From the NCBI GenBank assembly GCA_965235115.1, contig OZ249436.1, positions 40,178,001-40,242,000 of the forward strand: a stretch of DNA of 64,000 nucleotides, written 5' to 3'. The position numbers and the translations under genes are program-made. Positions 61,411 to 64,000 of the stretch are shown here, piece after piece. The notes below the pieces were generated by a model, which had not been told where the DNA came from, did no database searches, and saw only the letters and a program-made list of their open reading frames with translations. The stretch comes from Laetmonice hystrix. Taxonomy: Eukaryota. Each line of letters starts with the position of its first letter. Within the stretch, counting starts at the first letter, position 1.

Positions 61411-62165
61411 GGCCTTTTGTGTGCTGGTCCGAATGTGGGGGCGGGCTTTTTCGCGTCTTGCACGGCTTCGGGAACATGGGCCCCATCGTTATGCAGGTCA
61501 TTGACGACATCGTTAGGGCCAAGAACGAGAGACTACCGAGAACGTTCATGAGGATTAGCCGAAGCCATCATTAGCTGATCGTTTGGGTTTCGTCAATAAC
61601 GAGCACGTTAAGCACCGTTTTCCCTCTTTGGGCGTCAATGCAGGTCATTCCTACAGGTGACCAGTGGCGGATTTAGAGGGGGACGCAGGGGGCCCGCCCT
61701 CCCCTCGAAATTTCCCTAAAGCAGGGCCCCTCCAATACTGAAAATGAACAGACGTGACCACGCGTAGCCCCAGACATAGCACCCACACATCTGTACCCAT
61801 CCGAAAAAAAATCCCGGATCCACCACCGGTACCGATTAGGCCACTTGCATTAAGAGGGAATAAAGTATTCTAAAGTATATTCTTAAAACATTAGCAAAGC
61901 TTCTGTTTTGGAGACGTCCTGACAATAAGCATGAAAAGTATGTATATAAATTACTACAAGCAATCAGAAAACATAATACACATGCACGCACGAAACAAGC
62001 ACAACTTGCACGCCAGAAATGATCATCTCCCATTGTGCACCACCTAGCGTCAGAATTTGTCAAACGTCAAAAGAGAATTCTAGGGACCGAATGCTTCGAA
62101 GATGCCATTTGCCATTTTCAGTATGAAACGAAAAATACACATACCTTTACTAAAAGTACATATTA

Positions 62166-63011
62166 TATCGAGTGGATAAAAAAAACGCCGCCGAACTTTA
62201 AACTTCAATATCTCAAAAAGTAATGATTGTAATTCAATGAAATTTTTCTTAGTATCACTTCATGATGTTTTCTCTTAGTTGTTAATGTTACAACTCAATA
62301 GCTTGGATAATATTTCCGTGGGGCTAAAAACAAAAATCATTGTACAAAAGCGCAATGCCGGGCTAAAGCGAGTTGTAGTCGCACCCAGAGTGCCTGGCCT
62401 CACACTCGAGTATAGGTGGTCAATCGGTCCCCCGTTTTCACTCCATACTGCTCTCAGTCTCCTTTTCCATGAGCCAATGCACTTCCCGATCTCTGATAGG
62501 GAAATATCTTCCCAACATTGGGAAATACGCAACGTTCTGAATGTGTTGCTAAACGTGATAATGATACGATTTCCCTTGAACTTCTCGTTACAGTCATATC
62601 GTCCTAATGTTGCAGTTTCTCTGTAGGGTTTGGTACATTAAACATCTGTTTTCTCTAAAAGTACTAGGAATAGCACATAATTATTTTATTATATCTAGTG
62701 GTCCACAATATACATATTGTAAAACATGCAAAAACTAAATATTGAATTTTTTTATCCAAGGTACAATGCGGTGCATCAAACAGGTGTCAAATTGGGCACC
62801 TGGCAGCTGCATGATATTTGACCTAATTCCGGCATTGCGTTTTTAGGCACTGATTTTTGTTTTTAGCGCCACGAGATTATTGAGCTGAGACTTTAACATA
62901 CCAGAGATAAAATCATGAAGTGATACTAAGAGAAATTTTATTGCATTATAATACATAGTTTTTGAGATATTAAAGTTTGAAGTTCGGGGCGTTTTTTTTA
63001 TCCACCCGATA
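62166..63011 (-). mobile_element. Tc1/mariner deletion derivative
   Basis: ~100-bp TIR tatcg(a/g)gtggataaaaaaaacgcc...; TA flanks; C-terminal transposase stub CWEDISLSEIGKCIGSWKRRLRAVWSENGGPIDHL. Confidence 0.85.
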
Positions 63012-64000
63012 TATAATAACATCTCTTACTTTATTTTACCAGATTCGCTTTCAACCACATGAACACTAAATAACGTTCCATCAGTAGGCCTTAATTCACA
63101 AATTTCAAATATCTGCTGGATTGAATTGTAACTTCCCTTGTAATTCACCTTCACCTTCACCTTAAGAGCTGCTTGAAACGGTTTGACATGTAGTGCATCA
63201 TGGTAAATCCCAAGTTAGGAAGGACGTCGTGAGTTCAATGTTGCATTTTAACTCAGTGGCATTTCGGAAATACGCATGCGATCGACCTCAAATTTTACAG
63301 ACATTAGGCTTAACATGTTTTACAAGTGCACCGTGAGTTTCCTTCCCAAACACCAAATCGTTTCTACGTTATGGCTCGTTGAATGGAGAGATCGATCTGC
63401 TGTTGTACACGTTCCAATAACGAGGGCCTAACAAGAACTCTGCCCCTGTCGTTCAGTTAACGAACACATTAGTGCTAACGACTGCTTCGGGAACAGCCCA
63501 GTGTTCGTAACGAGGGACCAACCAGAGCCTAACGATCACGTTACGCTACCAATGGCTTCGGGAACATGGGCCCAGATTTCTACTCCCGATCGCAGAGAAG
63601 ACCACTCGGTCACCACCAGATCCGTAAATCTGACGGTCGGTCGGCTATTTTAGCATGGCCCCGCCCTAAGAACACTACGAGGGTACACCCTGTCTTACGA
63701 GGTTTGTTCTGAGGGTCGGCCGTGCGGAAGAAAGTTCCGCGTGGAGCGATTAATCGGAATCAATCAGTCGGCGCGGAGTTCACGCGACTGATTTCTCCCC
63801 GCACAGCACCTGCTCCGCGCGGAGAAAGCATATACACTGAAAAAAATCTCACACGACCAATGAAATTTTCGCCGAATGAGGGCGAAATCGGCCACACCAA
63901 GGCTCAGTGTATATGGCCCTTGAGGCTTTGTCAAGGGTCGGCCTGCGAATGCTACAGGTCTCCAAATTCCGTTCTCGTCCTCTTGTGAGAGACAGCATCC

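Overview
Eukaryotic (metazoan, probably marine invertebrate) genomic DNA, not prokaryotic. Two host genes are supportable. The first is the 3' part of a spliced + strand gene for a multi-VWA / EGF / single-pass membrane protein (7 exons, 1654-8643, all phase-1 introns, one GC-AG intron), preceded by a decayed VWA pseudo-exon. The second is a rhodopsin-class GPCR encoded in one long ORF (50773-51669). Almost everything else is a dense, nested set of non-autonomous DNA transposons whose TIRs and TSDs can be read directly: PIF/Harbinger (some with transposase and MADF stubs), TTAA/Kolobok-like, Academ and AcademH-like, CAG-terminal hAT-like with 5-6 bp TSDs, Tc1/mariner, and a TSD-less hairpin element. 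There is also a decayed Gypsy integrase, several minisatellites and a tandem dimer carrying tRNA-like Pol III boxes. The most unusual signals are (i) pervasive TA->TAGGCCTA / TAGATCTA micro-insertions, demonstrable by comparing paralogous repeats, (ii) a 199-bp hairpin-bearing array grown inside a TGTTACA-terminal element, (iii) RFX X-box palindromes carried in long TIRs, and (iv) the Pol III tandem dimer. Superfamily names are inferred by eye from termini and TSDs; no searches were run.
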